A stretch of DNA of 64,000 nucleotides from an uncultured Nitrososphaerales archaeon (GCA_963695855.1 CAVOHZ010000010.1:1664001-1728000); one strand, 5' to 3'; counted from the first letter of the stretch, positions 40,199-51,568 are shown. Translations and numbers: made by a program. Notes: generated by a model not told the origin, from the letters alone.

Positions 40199-41521
40199 AT
40201 GACTGCAAAAGAATCATACGAACAAATCTTTGAATTAATGAAAAGTCATCACGATTGGTTTAATAACTCTATTCCACTAATTGCTAGTGAGAATGTTCCC
40301 AGTACTGCCGTAAGAGAGGCTATAATATCCGATTTTGGAAACAGGTATGCAGAAGGATGGCCTGGAGAAAGAGTGTATGCTGGTTGTATTTTCATAGATC
40401 AAGTAGAGATTATTTGTAATGATCTAGCAAGAAAGGTGTTCAAAGCAGAATTTGCAGATTGTAGAGCTACTTCGGGAGTAGTAGCAAATCTTGCAATCTA
40501 TTCTGGATTTACATATCCTGGTGATTACATGCTAGCAACGTCTATTCCTAATGGTGGACATATTTCTCATGGGAAGAAGGAACATTATGGTACTGCAGGT
40601 CATGTATGTGGATTAAATATTGAATATTTTCCATTTTCAAGGGATGAAATGACGATTGATGTAGATGCTACAAAAAAGAAGATTTTGGATATGGATAAAG
40701 ATGGCAAGTCTCCAAAAATAGTAATGTTTGGCGGCAGTTTATTTCTTTTTCCTCATCCAGTAAAGGAATTATCTGAATTTATGCATGAGCGTAACATGTA
40801 TGTAAATTATGATGGAGCTCATGTCGCTGGACTTATAGCAGGTGGCCAATTCCAAGATCCTTTAAGAGAAGGCGTTGATTCTATGACAATGAGTTCCCAC
40901 AAAACCTTATGGGGACCCCAAGGGGGAATAATAGTATCACTGGAAAAATATTCTGAGATCATTAAAAAATCGATATTTCCAGGAAATACTAGTAGTCATC
41001 ATTTGCATCATGTTGCAGGTAAGGCGATAGCATTAGCAGAAGTTATGGAATTTGGTGAAGACTATGCTAAACAGGTCATAAAAAATGCTAAAAAATTGGC
41101 TGAAAGTTTCGTTGAATCTGGATTTACTGTTTTGGGTGAAAAAAAAGGATATACACAATCACATCAAATTGCAGTTGATGTTTCAAAATATGGAGATGGA
41201 GGAACAATTGAAAAAGACCTTGAAAAATCGAATATCATTTTGAATAGACAATTACTTCCTGGAGATATTAAAGCAGGGAGACATTATATGCACCCAAGCG
41301 GTGTTAGAATTGGAGCTAATGAGATCACAAGATTAGGAATGAAGGAAAGTGAAATGATAGAAATTGCTACTTTTATAAAAAGAGTAGTAATCGATAAAGA
41401 AGATGCTATTAGTGTAAAGAAGGATGTTACTGAATTCAAGAAACAATATCAACAATTGCATTATGTTTTTGATGGACAGCTAGATGCATATAAATATATT
41501 AGTTTGGTAAAACAAAACTGA
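40199..41521 (+). CDS. glyA: Serine hydroxymethyltransferase
   Basis: LIASEN, RYAEG.PG.R.Y.G, GGHISHG, SSHKTLWGPQGG. Confidence 0.97.
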   Translation: MTAKESYEQIFELMKSHHDWFNNSIPLIASENVPSTAVREAIISDFGNRYAEGWPGERVYAGCIFIDQVEIICNDLARKVFKAEFADCRATSGVVANLAIYSGFTYPGDYMLATSIPNGGHISHGKKEHYGTAGHVCGLNIEYFPFSRDEMTIDVDATKKKILDMDKDGKSPKIVMFGGSLFLFPHPVKELSEFMHERNMYVNYDGAHVAGLIAGGQFQDPLREGVDSMTMSSHKTLWGPQGGIIVSLEKYSEIIKKSIFPGNTSSHHLHHVAGKAIALAEVMEFGEDYAKQVIKNAKKLAESFVESGFTVLGEKKGYTQSHQIAVDVSKYGDGGTIEKDLEKSNIILNRQLLPGDIKAGRHYMHPSGVRIGANEITRLGMKESEMIEIATFIKRVVIDKEDAISVKKDVTEFKKQYQQLHYVFDGQLDAYKYISLVKQN

Positions 41522-41710
41522 TAAGATTGAAAAATTATTTCTTTTTTTATTCTAGTTGATGAAATGAAAATATTTGTGTATTTTGTAAGGAATTATTGGA
41601 TATTTTTTAAATCTATACAATTCTAAGGATTTCCTCATATAATGACTTTATTATTTACCCATTAGAGAGGTATCTTATTTTGAGTATAGGATCTTCATTA
41701 AAATATTAGA

Positions 41711-44700
41711 TCACTCAATAAAGTCAAAAAGTGAAGATTGTGAATTTTTGACTATTTCTTTTTCTTTGAAAACATAGCCTAGCTCCATGACAAGTGACTC
41801 TATTCTGCTTGAAAGATAATCGCTCATTTTAAACCTTTTATTTATATCCAATGCGATATGAACATATTTTTCAACAGAATTTCTTGTTACAGTTTGTATT
41901 AGATTGTTTCCGCATCCTAGACATTTACCCATTAAAGGAATTCTTCTATACTTTTCTCCGCACTTAGTACATCTAAATGATTGTGATGAATATGAACGCA
42001 TATTCCCCATAATATCTGGTATTATATGAGTAGTTAAAACCATGGATACAACTTCGTCTGGATCTACAGCATTGATTATATTGGCAGTAGAAATTTGCAT
42101 TTCCAATTTTTCGTTCATTGTAGCTAATGTAGAATATGCACTATGTTGTATCTCAGTCGTCAATACATTAGTATAGTGAGTAAATGAATAATTATAGAAT
42201 TGTAATTCAGAATCAATCCTGTTTTTAATAATTTCTATTTCATTGACTAGACTTTCTGCCTTACTATGTTTAAATGATTTTTCGTATAATTGTAGTGGAT
42301 AATTTGATACAATATCAATATTTAGTGCTTGTCTTTGTACTTCATGGGGTAAAACTATTGGTTGAATTAATAATGGAGCATCCATTAATCCTCCTATCTT
42401 ATCCGAAAGGAATTCTTTTGAGAAGTTCAAACATACATCCATTAATAACATGATAGAATCAGCATCTCCATCACAATCTCTGCGTTTTGCAGAATGCCAT
42501 ATAGGTGATGCTAAACATACTTGCGAATTTGTGTATCCTATAATTCTACCAATAATACCTACAGAAGTATGGGGCGCCAAGCCCACTATGATATGTCCTA
42601 TCAAATCATCTACAGAGGATGCATTATAAAATGGAGAGAGTCCGTATAATTTTACAAGCTCGTTATCTATATATTTAGATACTTTAAGTAAATGTTTTGC
42701 AGTATCTAATGGTATAACAACATCTTGACTAAATATTTCAATCAACTGATCTTCAGAATTTAGATCTTTGCCAAGATGATCTCTTACATATCCTAATTCT
42801 TTTAACTTTCTTGGATTACTCAATATACACTTTGGAATAATATGAGTTAATGGTTCGTTGGTTGCATCATAACGTATTGTGCCATCTTTGAAGGCATAAA
42901 GATTGAATGCCTGTCTTAAAATCCCTTTTTCAATTGGCTCAGCGGATCTATTTTTACCCATTAAAAATTTTACTCCTTTCAATGGTTCTTTAGCTTGAAT
43001 TTGCAATTTTGTTTGTGCTTCTTCTAAAATTTTTCTGAGCGGGTATTTGACTGGGGAATATGTTTTCCCTTCTTTTCCACATTTACTGCATTTATTGTTG
43101 GAATTTTTATGGTCTTTGGAAGTTAAATGAGATATAGGTTCTCTACAGATTTTACAAAGGGTTTTTATTATTGTGTCAGAAAAACATATTCTGCATCTAG
43201 CACCAAGTGAAGGTCTTTTACATTTATCACAATAACGATTTGCAATTTCTGTATAGAGAATTTCTTCTTTTGATGCTTTAATAAGATCTCTAGTAGCTCC
43301 TCCTTTATTTCCAACTGGAAATAAAACATGAACTGGAGGTTTCATTTTCCTCTCTGCTGCCTTTTCTGGACGTCCTACTCGTACCGCAATGGATGAAGCA
43401 AATTTTTGTTTAACAGTTATCCCGGATATTTCAAATACATAATCATGTGTTGATATTTTAGTTGGTAATTGTTGTACATCTATATTGTTTTTATCTTGGT
43501 AAAGTAGTATATACAGAGAATTTACTTGATTCATATCATTCAGAACAATCAATTGTCCATCATTTTTCAATGAATGAACTACCCCTAATCGTTCAAGTAT
43601 ATCCTTTAATTTGCTTTGATAATCAAGTTCAGGTGATTTAAAGTGTTGAATTGCTTGGCCGGTATCAGCAGTGTTGAATCGTTTAACAAGTTCTTTTTGT
43701 AAGAGTAAAAGTTCATCTATCGATATTGACTCCCAATAAAATGAATATTTTGGATGAAGAGCAAGTTTCAAGGATTTACTAAGTTGAAATGCCTCTTTTA
43801 TTGTAGGAATTTCTTTAAAAGGATTATATGCTAGATCTATTAATCTCTGTTTGGTAGGTAACTTATTATTAAAAAGATTATCTTCATTTTCAAAGATTTT
43901 ATTCAATTGGGATTTTAATTCTAACGCCCATAACTCTTCTACATAAGAAGCTGGAAGTAATTTTGCATTATTTTCTAAAAAGTCACCATAACTAATTAGA
44001 ATATCGCCTAAATACAAAATTTTTTCTACTCTTTTTTGGAGTTCTAATGCTTGTTCTATTGTAGAAACATATGTAACAGTTCCATCATCTAGTTTAACCA
44101 ATGGAGGCTCCAATGAATCTACGAGGGCTATTGTAGATGCCTTTCCAGGCGTATCAATTTTAATCTGAGTTCCAACAACTACTGCATAATTTAATAAAAC
44201 TGGAATAACAGGGTGAATTCCAATGGTTGAAAAACCAGTATTATAACAACGACCATATCTCAATCTAAAGCCGCCAATCTTCTTTGACATTGACAACACA
44301 GGTCTTCCGGTTATTACTTCAGACATTCTGTGGTGCACTGTATCATCTTCAGTAACGCCCTCTTTTTGTATAGCTCCTTTTAGATCTTTTAGCCAATCCC
44401 ATCCTTCCAATTTTAAACTATCTATCAATTTTAATAATTTTCTACTTCTTCCTATCAGACCATCATTCATTACTCTGAGCGCTCCTCCTCGTACTCGATC
44501 TGTGTTTATTCTTTTCATACTTCTATGTCCAATTATTTCTACTGGATCGGTATCTACACCATCTAATTCAACTGGTAAATTGCCTATACATTTAATGACA
44601 TCTTCATCTAATGTTTTAAACTGAAAATTCCCAACTTCACGTTCATATATACGTAATTCTTCTACAAATCTTCCTGTTTCATCATCAAAGGAGTTTGCTT

Positions 44701-45265
44701 GATATTTTTCTAGACCTACTACTTTTCTAACATGATCGGCAATTAGCATCGTCAATGCTGCCTCTGTACCACCTGCTGATCTAATAGGTCCTGCAAATGA
44801 TACAGAAAGATATTGACTACGATCAGCATTCATTTTAATTTGAACATCGGCAATTCCTTGTATTGGTGCAACTGTTACTGCTTCAGTAACAATTGCAAGA
44901 CTTACACGTACAGCATTATCCAATCTAGTTCTGAGATCGTCAGTACTATATTCTCCTAGTACAATTTCTTCTGAAATCTTTAATGCAGCTTTTTCCTTTG
45001 TTGTTTGTGATAATAAGGTACGTAATCGTTCTGTGATATCAATATCGTGCATCTTTGCAACCCTGTCTGCCAAATCATAAACTATTTGTGATTCTATAGT
45101 TGTTGTTACATCTATTCCTTGATTACGAGCATGACCTGCTATATCATAAACATTATAGACTGATTCTAGAATAGATGTATGATAACTTTCATAAAATGAT
45201 GGTCTTTTTAACTTTTTTAATTCATGGATTGAGTTTTCATCTAAAAATGAAAAGATATTATTCAT
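41711..45265 (-). CDS. polC: DNA polymerase D large subunit DP2
   Basis: FAGPIRSAGGT, GGFRLRYGR, FKDGTIRYD, KRRDCDGDAD, GGLMDAP and C-terminal Zn finger. Confidence 0.97.
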   Translation of the reverse strand: MNNIFSFLDENSIHELKKLKRPSFYESYHTSILESVYNVYDIAGHARNQGIDVTTTIESQIVYDLADRVAKMHDIDITERLRTLLSQTTKEKAALKISEEIVLGEYSTDDLRTRLDNAVRVSLAIVTEAVTVAPIQGIADVQIKMNADRSQYLSVSFAGPIRSAGGTEAALTMLIADHVRKVVGLEKYQANSFDDETGRFVEELRIYEREVGNFQFKTLDEDVIKCIGNLPVELDGVDTDPVEIIGHRSMKRINTDRVRGGALRVMNDGLIGRSRKLLKLIDSLKLEGWDWLKDLKGAIQKEGVTEDDTVHHRMSEVITGRPVLSMSKKIGGFRLRYGRCYNTGFSTIGIHPVIPVLLNYAVVVGTQIKIDTPGKASTIALVDSLEPPLVKLDDGTVTYVSTIEQALELQKRVEKILYLGDILISYGDFLENNAKLLPASYVEELWALELKSQLNKIFENEDNLFNNKLPTKQRLIDLAYNPFKEIPTIKEAFQLSKSLKLALHPKYSFYWESISIDELLLLQKELVKRFNTADTGQAIQHFKSPELDYQSKLKDILERLGVVHSLKNDGQLIVLNDMNQVNSLYILLYQDKNNIDVQQLPTKISTHDYVFEISGITVKQKFASSIAVRVGRPEKAAERKMKPPVHVLFPVGNKGGATRDLIKASKEEILYTEIANRYCDKCKRPSLGARCRICFSDTIIKTLCKICREPISHLTSKDHKNSNNKCSKCGKEGKTYSPVKYPLRKILEEAQTKLQIQAKEPLKGVKFLMGKNRSAEPIEKGILRQAFNLYAFKDGTIRYDATNEPLTHIIPKCILSNPRKLKELGYVRDHLGKDLNSEDQLIEIFSQDVVIPLDTAKHLLKVSKYIDNELVKLYGLSPFYNASSVDDLIGHIIVGLAPHTSVGIIGRIIGYTNSQVCLASPIWHSAKRRDCDGDADSIMLLMDVCLNFSKEFLSDKIGGLMDAPLLIQPIVLPHEVQRQALNIDIVSNYPLQLYEKSFKHSKAESLVNEIEIIKNRIDSELQFYNYSFTHYTNVLTTEIQHSAYSTLATMNEKLEMQISTANIINAVDPDEVVSMVLTTHIIPDIMGNMRSYSSQSFRCTKCGEKYRRIPLMGKCLGCGNNLIQTVTRNSVEKYVHIALDINKRFKMSDYLSSRIESLVMELGYVFKEKEIVKNSQSSLFDFIE

Positions 45266-46089
45266 TTTGTGATTGCTTGAATAATTTTGAATAATTTTTT
45301 CTCCCAGTTATCATCATCTTCAATCATTGTTCCAACTACTATAATATCAGCACCAGCATCTGCGATCTTTTTTGCAATTTCTGGACTCCGAATACCACCT
45401 CCTACTATTAGGATTCCTTCATAATATTTTTTAACTGCTGATACCATTTCAGGCGAGACATTCTGATTTGCACCTGAACCTGCTTCAAGATATAGAAATC
45501 TCATACCAAGATATTGAGCAGCTAGTGAGTACATGACAGCTAGATTTAGTTTATTGAATGGAATACCTTTAGCTTGCCCGATGAACCATGCAGTAGTTCC
45601 TTCTCCGATGATTAAATAACCTGTTGGTAGAGCTTCCAATCCAGATTTTTTGACCCCAATTGCACCTAATGCCTGTGCACCAGTTATAAAATAGGGATTT
45701 TCTGAATTCAAAAGTGACATGAACAATATTGCATCGGCATTTGGTGATATTCCTGTGATGTTACCAGGAAATAATATCACAGGAATTTTAATTGACGATT
45801 TTAATTTTGATATCACTTCAGATAATTCGATTTGATTACTAATTGATGAACCGCCAACTAGAATAGCTGAAGCGCCTAGTTCTTCAGCTTTTTTGGTAAT
45901 AGTTAGCGTATCAAGTGTATTTTCTGAATCGATCAAAGGAAAACAAAGGGTTCCCTTTTTTTTCTTTTCACTTAAAATATATTTTTCAATTTTATTCAAG
46001 ATTATAATGAGATCGTATAAAGATATTAGCTGGCGTAAAATATGTTTTCGGTTTGAAACTGCTAGAATGTGATAAAATAGTATTAACAT
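45262..46089 (-). CDS. Geranylgeranylglyceryl phosphate synthase (probable start TTG 45999)
   Basis: ILVGGS, ILFPG, FMSLLNS.NP, YLEAGSGA, VGGGIR. Confidence 0.93.
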   Translation of the reverse strand: MLILFYHILAVSNRKHILRQLISLYDLIIILNKIEKYILSEKKKKGTLCFPLIDSENTLDTLTITKKAEELGASAILVGGSSISNQIELSEVISKLKSSIKIPVILFPGNITGISPNADAILFMSLLNSENPYFITGAQALGAIGVKKSGLEALPTGYLIIGEGTTAWFIGQAKGIPFNKLNLAVMYSLAAQYLGMRFLYLEAGSGANQNVSPEMVSAVKKYYEGILIVGGGIRSPEIAKKIADAGADIIVVGTMIEDDDNWEKKLFKIIQAITK

Positions 46090-46196
46090 GAGTAAATTGA
46101 AAGTACTGAATAAATAAAAGAATCATAAAATTGATATTTTTGATATTTTGATAGGAAATACTATTATGGATAAGCTAGTTTGTTTACTATACAGAT

Positions 46197-46580
46197 ATGT
46201 ATAGTACTAATAGTGATGATAGAAAGAAAAATTCTTATCTTTTTGATAAAATAATTGAGAAATCCTTATTTACAAATAGACAAATTTCAATAATTTATAA
46301 TAAATCAAGTGGCGGTAAAATCCATAAAAGAATCAGTTCAGGTGCATATTACCGCCAAATCAAACAGTGTAGAGCTAAAATTGAATCTTTACTATACAGT
46401 GTGTTGCTATTAAGATCGTTAAATATTATCGATAATAAAACAATGAATGTTATCGAATCTGTAGTTATCCAACTAAATTCACTGTCGAAAAATACCGAGA
46501 ATCACATCACATCAAGTAATATACCAAGTGATGTTATTGATGTGATTGACAAAATAATTAAAAAGTCAATATCAATATGA
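46197..46580 (+). CDS. Hypothetical HTH-like protein
   Basis: SLFTNRQ..ISSGAYYRQIKQ..LLYSVLLL. Confidence 0.7.
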   Translation: MYSTNSDDRKKNSYLFDKIIEKSLFTNRQISIIYNKSSGGKIHKRISSGAYYRQIKQCRAKIESLLYSVLLLRSLNIIDNKTMNVIESVVIQLNSLSKNTENHITSSNIPSDVIDVIDKIIKKSISI

Positions 46581-46668
46581 CAGTTATGGTACATGTATCA
46601 CATAGCAAGAGTCCACACTTACATAATCACGTTAGCATTATATAATAGCGTGATATATGTGATATTAA

Positions 46669-47307
46669 TTGGAATTTGATATCTCTTTAATATTAGTCAT
46701 AGCAGTATTTTTTGTTGTTGGTTTCGTTATTTCTCTTTCTGTTAGAACACAGAAAAGAGAATTGACTATTGAGAAAGAAAAAAAAGACGAATTCAATCAT
46801 TACGATATTTTGGAGGCATTAGAAACACGTAAGCAGAATCAGATAGACTATCTTAATAATAAACTTGTGGATGTTTATACAAAACTTGAAAAAATAGAAT
46901 CACAAGTATTATTATTATCGCAATCTATTCTAAAAAACCAGTTTATTCTTGATAAGATAGAAGGGAAAAACCAAGATGTGATATATCACGATAAATCACA
47001 TGATCAAGATAGGCGGGAAAATTTATTCGATATCGCGGAAAATCAAAATTCCACAATCCAATATATTTTAAAACTTTTGTACAATGAACCAAAGACATCT
47101 AATGAGATAAAAAATGCAATTGGTAGAACCCGAGAGCACACATCAAGACTAATGAAAAAATTGTATGAAGTGAATCTTGTTGAAAGGGATGTTAAGCACA
47201 GACCATTTAGATATAGACTTACGGAAGCAGGAAATAAATATATTCATGAAGAGGATCATAGTGATACTAAAAATAATGAATCTGAGTCTCTTGTAAGAAA
47301 TAATTAA
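46669..47307 (+). CDS. Membrane-anchored coiled-coil protein with C-terminal winged HTH
   Basis: N-terminal TM, heptad region, then ILKLL..PKTSNEIKNAIGRTREHTSRLMKKLYE..V.R..PFRYRLT. Confidence 0.85.
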   Translation: MEFDISLILVIAVFFVVGFVISLSVRTQKRELTIEKEKKDEFNHYDILEALETRKQNQIDYLNNKLVDVYTKLEKIESQVLLLSQSILKNQFILDKIEGKNQDVIYHDKSHDQDRRENLFDIAENQNSTIQYILKLLYNEPKTSNEIKNAIGRTREHTSRLMKKLYEVNLVERDVKHRPFRYRLTEAGNKYIHEEDHSDTKNNESESLVRNN

Positions 47308-48289
47308 ATTTTTCATATAACATCATGAAGTTAATCTACTATACCAATAAATAATACGTTTAGCTAATTGAGAGTTATCAGATTTTAGCTAATAGCTATA
47401 AACAATATTACGGTTTTAGTAGACGGTCATATGTATCTGGTTATGCAATGCGTTAGTATTACTTTTGGTCATTTTATACAGCAACCTCTCTTTATGAAAT
47501 TGCTTGGCAGCAAGAGAAAAAATGGTTTATCATCATTATTTTTATGAATTTTGTATGAGTTTTGTTGTTTATATCTATTAGATCAGGTTCTATCAGTAGT
47601 TTTAATAAAATATTCTACGAATCGATCAAAGTCATACAAAAGCAGTACTAACCTATCATATTTTATTTCAAGATGTAATATGTGTGAGGATGTAATCCTG
47701 GACACTGTATTTATGCTATTTGTATTACAAAAGACAGAGATAACATAAATCTTCCAACTATTTCTCCTAATAAGATTGATTCAATCGTTACGTAAAATTT
47801 TATTATTTTATCTTGAAAACAAATTTGAGAATAACATACATTCAATGTTTTATCTAAAAAATACAGAGTAATCACCTGAATGTTTTGGACAAAGGCTTGG
47901 TAGCTATGGTAAAGGTGATAGAGGGGTAGCGTTTTGATATATATACGGTTTTTAATTGGTGTTTGATGGAAAATATAGCTGAAAATGAGCAGATATAAAC
48001 AAAACCTATTTTATCGGACATAACAGCAAAATAACCCTATAATGATAATGATACCATTTTTTCTATTGTTGCGCAAAGTCAAATGCTATTATTGAAGAAT
48101 CTCGTTTAGAATACACTTCTGAAATAGTACTATGGACAGTATTGTTCTATCAGATTCTGGTACATTATAGCTGTAAACAAAGAAATTAACAATCCTCGTA
48201 TAGCATAACACCATGTTGACCGAATTATGACCTTTGCACAAATTAGTTAACAAGATTTTGATATATTATTTTATGAATAAAAACACGTT

Positions 48290-48700
48290 CAAATTTACTT
48301 TTGTTAATAATATGTTAATTATTAAAAAAATAAAAATACCGTTTACTTCAGTCTCCAGTGGAAATAAAGGGGTTGAAAATAGAGCATTAACTAAATTAAC
48401 ATAAATTCAACTTTCCAGTGGAAATAAAGGGGTTGAAAATACAATTTCTTAATTTAATAATGAATATCTGTGATCTTTGTTAATAAAAAGTTTAATGCGG
48501 GACTTTTGGTTGTCTCCCCCTACATTTCTATTCCACAATATAATAAAAAATAAGATTAATAAAACTATATTTGTTTAATAAATTTGTTAATATTATTAGA
48601 TTTAGGGGTTTAAATTTATTTGTTAATAACAAGTTATCAGCAATATACAATATGTTAAAATAATTTCGAAAAGAAAAACAGGGGTGTGAGTTATATTTTA
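48290..48700. other. oriC: Chromosomal replication origin oriC
   Basis: Two identical 28-bp ORB-containing repeats TCCAGTGGAAATAAAGGGGTTGAAAATA (48354, 48414), an inverted G-string box near 48514-48537, AT-rich tracts, directly upstream of cdc6. Confidence 0.9.
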
Positions 48701-48717
48701 AATGGTGAGAAAATATA

Positions 48718-49941
48718 TTGAGTGACGATTTACTTAATAATATATTTGATGATGCAGTAAAAGGTAAATCATTAATTAAAAATCGTAAAATTCTGACAAT
48801 AGATTATGTACCTGAAAAACTTCAGTTTCGTGATGAAGAAACGATGACTATTGCACAAACATTATCAGTAGCTCTGAAGGGTTCTAGACCATCAAATCTA
48901 TTATTATTTGGAAAACCGGGTACGGGAAAGACTGCTGTTATAAAAAATGTTATTAAAAAATTCACGCAAAAATCATCCTCTCTCGGAATTGAAGTTATAG
49001 TACCATTTGTTAATGCGAAACTAGCAAATACTGCATACAAGGTATTATATGAAATTGCTGAAGAGATGAGTATTAACCAGATCGAAAAAAGAAACCAAGT
49101 TTATTTTACTGGTTTGTCTTTAGGTGAAGCAACTAATAGAATTCTTGATTTCATCCAAAAAAGAAAATTACATGTCATTTTTGTTATCGATGAAATTGAT
49201 TCACTAGTTGATAAAAATGGAGATGATATTCTTTATAATTTTACCAGGGCAAATGAACAGTTTCAAGATTCTGGATTTATTACATTAATCGGAATTTCAA
49301 ACAGTCTTACATTCAAAGATAAATTAGATCCTCGTGTGCGTAGCAGTTTAAGTGAAGAAGAAATTGTATTCAATCCATATAAAATTATTCAGCTGCAAAA
49401 AATACTATCAGAGAGAGTCAAGTTAGCGTTTTCTGATGATGTTGTCACAGATGGAGCTATAAATCTCTGTGCAGCTATTGCAGGAAAAGATAATGGTGAT
49501 GCTAGAAAAGCGATAGATTTACTTAGGGTAGCAGCAGAAATAGCAGAACGAGAAAAAGATTCTAAAATTGATGAAAAATATATTCGGTTGGCTCAAAATA
49601 AAATAGAGAAAGACACAAATTTCGAAGTGATAAAAAATTCAACTACTCATACAAAAATAGTTCTACTGGCAATTACTAAATCCAAAAATGGAAATACTGG
49701 TGAAGTTTATGAGATATATTCTAACTATTGTAAAACAATTGATAACGAGCCTCTCAGTCAACGTAGGATAACTCAAATTATAAGTGAACTTGATCAATTA
49801 GGATTAATCAATACTAATATATTGAATCAAGGTAGATACGGTCGTTCACAGAAAATAAAAATTTCTATTTCTACAGATGCATTAAAAGAAGCCCTAAAAG
49901 AAGATCCATTATTTCTTACATTGATCCATGTTCTTGATTAA
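48718..49941 (+). CDS. cdc6: Orc1/Cdc6 replication initiator
   Basis: YVPEKL.FR, GKPGTGKT, IDEID, LDPRVRSSL, GDARKAIDLLR, GRYGR. Confidence 0.97.
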   Translation: MSDDLLNNIFDDAVKGKSLIKNRKILTIDYVPEKLQFRDEETMTIAQTLSVALKGSRPSNLLLFGKPGTGKTAVIKNVIKKFTQKSSSLGIEVIVPFVNAKLANTAYKVLYEIAEEMSINQIEKRNQVYFTGLSLGEATNRILDFIQKRKLHVIFVIDEIDSLVDKNGDDILYNFTRANEQFQDSGFITLIGISNSLTFKDKLDPRVRSSLSEEEIVFNPYKIIQLQKILSERVKLAFSDDVVTDGAINLCAAIAGKDNGDARKAIDLLRVAAEIAEREKDSKIDEKYIRLAQNKIEKDTNFEVIKNSTTHTKIVLLAITKSKNGNTGEVYEIYSNYCKTIDNEPLSQRRITQIISELDQLGLINTNILNQGRYGRSQKIKISISTDALKEALKEDPLFLTLIHVLD

Positions 49942-51568
49942 AATTGATCTGAAAAGGACGAAGAGTAGCAAGATTAACTAAAATTGCGATCCCACATGTA
50001 GGCATTATTCCCATAGTTTGTTGAAAAGGAGTTTGATCCTGCCATGTACCAGAATTAATGATTAATGTACCACGATAATTTTGTACATCCATAACATGAA
50101 CATGTCCTGAATGAAATACATCAGGTACCTCATTTATTACCATCATATCTTCTAATTCAGGAGCAATTGGTGTTCTTTGTCCATAAATTGGAGATAAATG
50201 TCTTGCTTTTAATAATATTTTCATTGCCTCCGCAGGATTTGCGTAGCTTAAACCAGGTATTGTAGCAATGATATCATCTAATCCCTGTCCATGATACATT
50301 AAAATTTTAACTCCCTCAAGTTCAATAAAACTAGGATTCCCCAGCATCGTAAAATTTTCAAATGAATACAATCTTGGACAATCGTTTTTAGGAACTGCAG
50401 GTTGTGGTAACGCTCTTCTTCCAAGATCATGGTTTCCAGGAATAATAAAAACTTGAATTCTCTTAGGAATTTGTTCTAATAATTTTGTTAAGTGACTCAT
50501 TTGTTTAAATGTATTACTATACTTTAATTCTTTGTCTTGATTGGGAAATATTCCTACACCATCTATTAAATCACCACCAATACATAAAAATTTTATTTTA
50601 GATACTATTTCATCATCAGATGAATTCAGCCATTTTAAAAAACGTAAAAAATCTGTTTCTTTGAAATACTTACTTCCAACATGAAGATCTGAAATTAAAA
50701 CAGCATATGATTCTCTTTTTCCTTTATTTGGGATGTGATCTGGGATATCTGGAGAAACAACATTTTTTATAATATGATTATTTCCCTTGTTTTCAATTTC
50801 TACCATCACCATTTGATCAAGGGTCAATTTAGAAACAAGTTTTATTGTCTCATCAGTTACTGCTAATGTATTAATAATTCCAGTTTGATCGTCTATTGTT
50901 AATTCTGTGCTATTTCTTTTCGATCTCTTTGACATTACCAAACCTGCAATAACTGAAGAATATCCACCCAAAGAGGCATTATTATTTTCTATTTTTTTAT
51001 CATTATATTCTGTGTTTAAATTATTATTTTGTTTTTTTTGATTATTACTTTTTTTTACAAACGCTATCTTATTAATACGTTTACTATCTGGTCTGGTTGA
51101 TAAAATTTTTAACGATTTGATAAAACGACTTTTAAAAAGTGAAGTGTAACCGTTTATTCCTTCACCTGAGTTAATATAGTCAGTAGAATCAAAAATTATT
51201 TTATAGGAATCCTTTAAATCAATATTTTCAGTTGTTGAATTTATAGATTGATATACTGATGAGCTAGAAACCACATGGCGAGTATGAAATTTTTCTATAA
51301 TCTCTTGATCATTTTTTACCAAATTATTCTGACCAACAGCGATACAAAAAATTCTGATATCATCTGTACCAATAATAGTATTACTATCATTTTTTTTCTT
51401 GTAATTTACAACTTGTTGAATAACATTCATTTTATTTGAATCAATATCTTTTAAAAGCGTAAATGCATCAGGATGTATTTGGTAGCCATTAGCAGTAATA
51501 AATGATAATACATTTGAAATTTCTTTTTGTAAAGACAATTGTAAGAACTTAGGATGTACCAAACTCAT
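49916..51568 (-). CDS. polB: DNA polymerase D small subunit DP1
   Basis: ISDLHVGS, GDLIDG, PGNHD, RHLSP.YG, GHVH, NSGTWQ. Confidence 0.96.
   Translation of the reverse strand: MSLVHPKFLQLSLQKEISNVLSFITANGYQIHPDAFTLLKDIDSNKMNVIQQVVNYKKKNDSNTIIGTDDIRIFCIAVGQNNLVKNDQEIIEKFHTRHVVSSSSVYQSINSTTENIDLKDSYKIIFDSTDYINSGEGINGYTSLFKSRFIKSLKILSTRPDSKRINKIAFVKKSNNQKKQNNNLNTEYNDKKIENNNASLGGYSSVIAGLVMSKRSKRNSTELTIDDQTGIINTLAVTDETIKLVSKLTLDQMVMVEIENKGNNHIIKNVVSPDIPDHIPNKGKRESYAVLISDLHVGSKYFKETDFLRFLKWLNSSDDEIVSKIKFLCIGGDLIDGVGIFPNQDKELKYSNTFKQMSHLTKLLEQIPKRIQVFIIPGNHDLGRRALPQPAVPKNDCPRLYSFENFTMLGNPSFIELEGVKILMYHGQGLDDIIATIPGLSYANPAEAMKILLKARHLSPIYGQRTPIAPELEDMMVINEVPDVFHSGHVHVMDVQNYRGTLIINSGTWQDQTPFQQTMGIMPTCGIAILVNLATLRPFQINFNQEHGSM

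Noticed and set aside
48354-48441. 28-bp repeat with 32-bp spacer as a mini-CRISPR
   Set aside because: Matches the ORB consensus and lies directly upstream of cdc6
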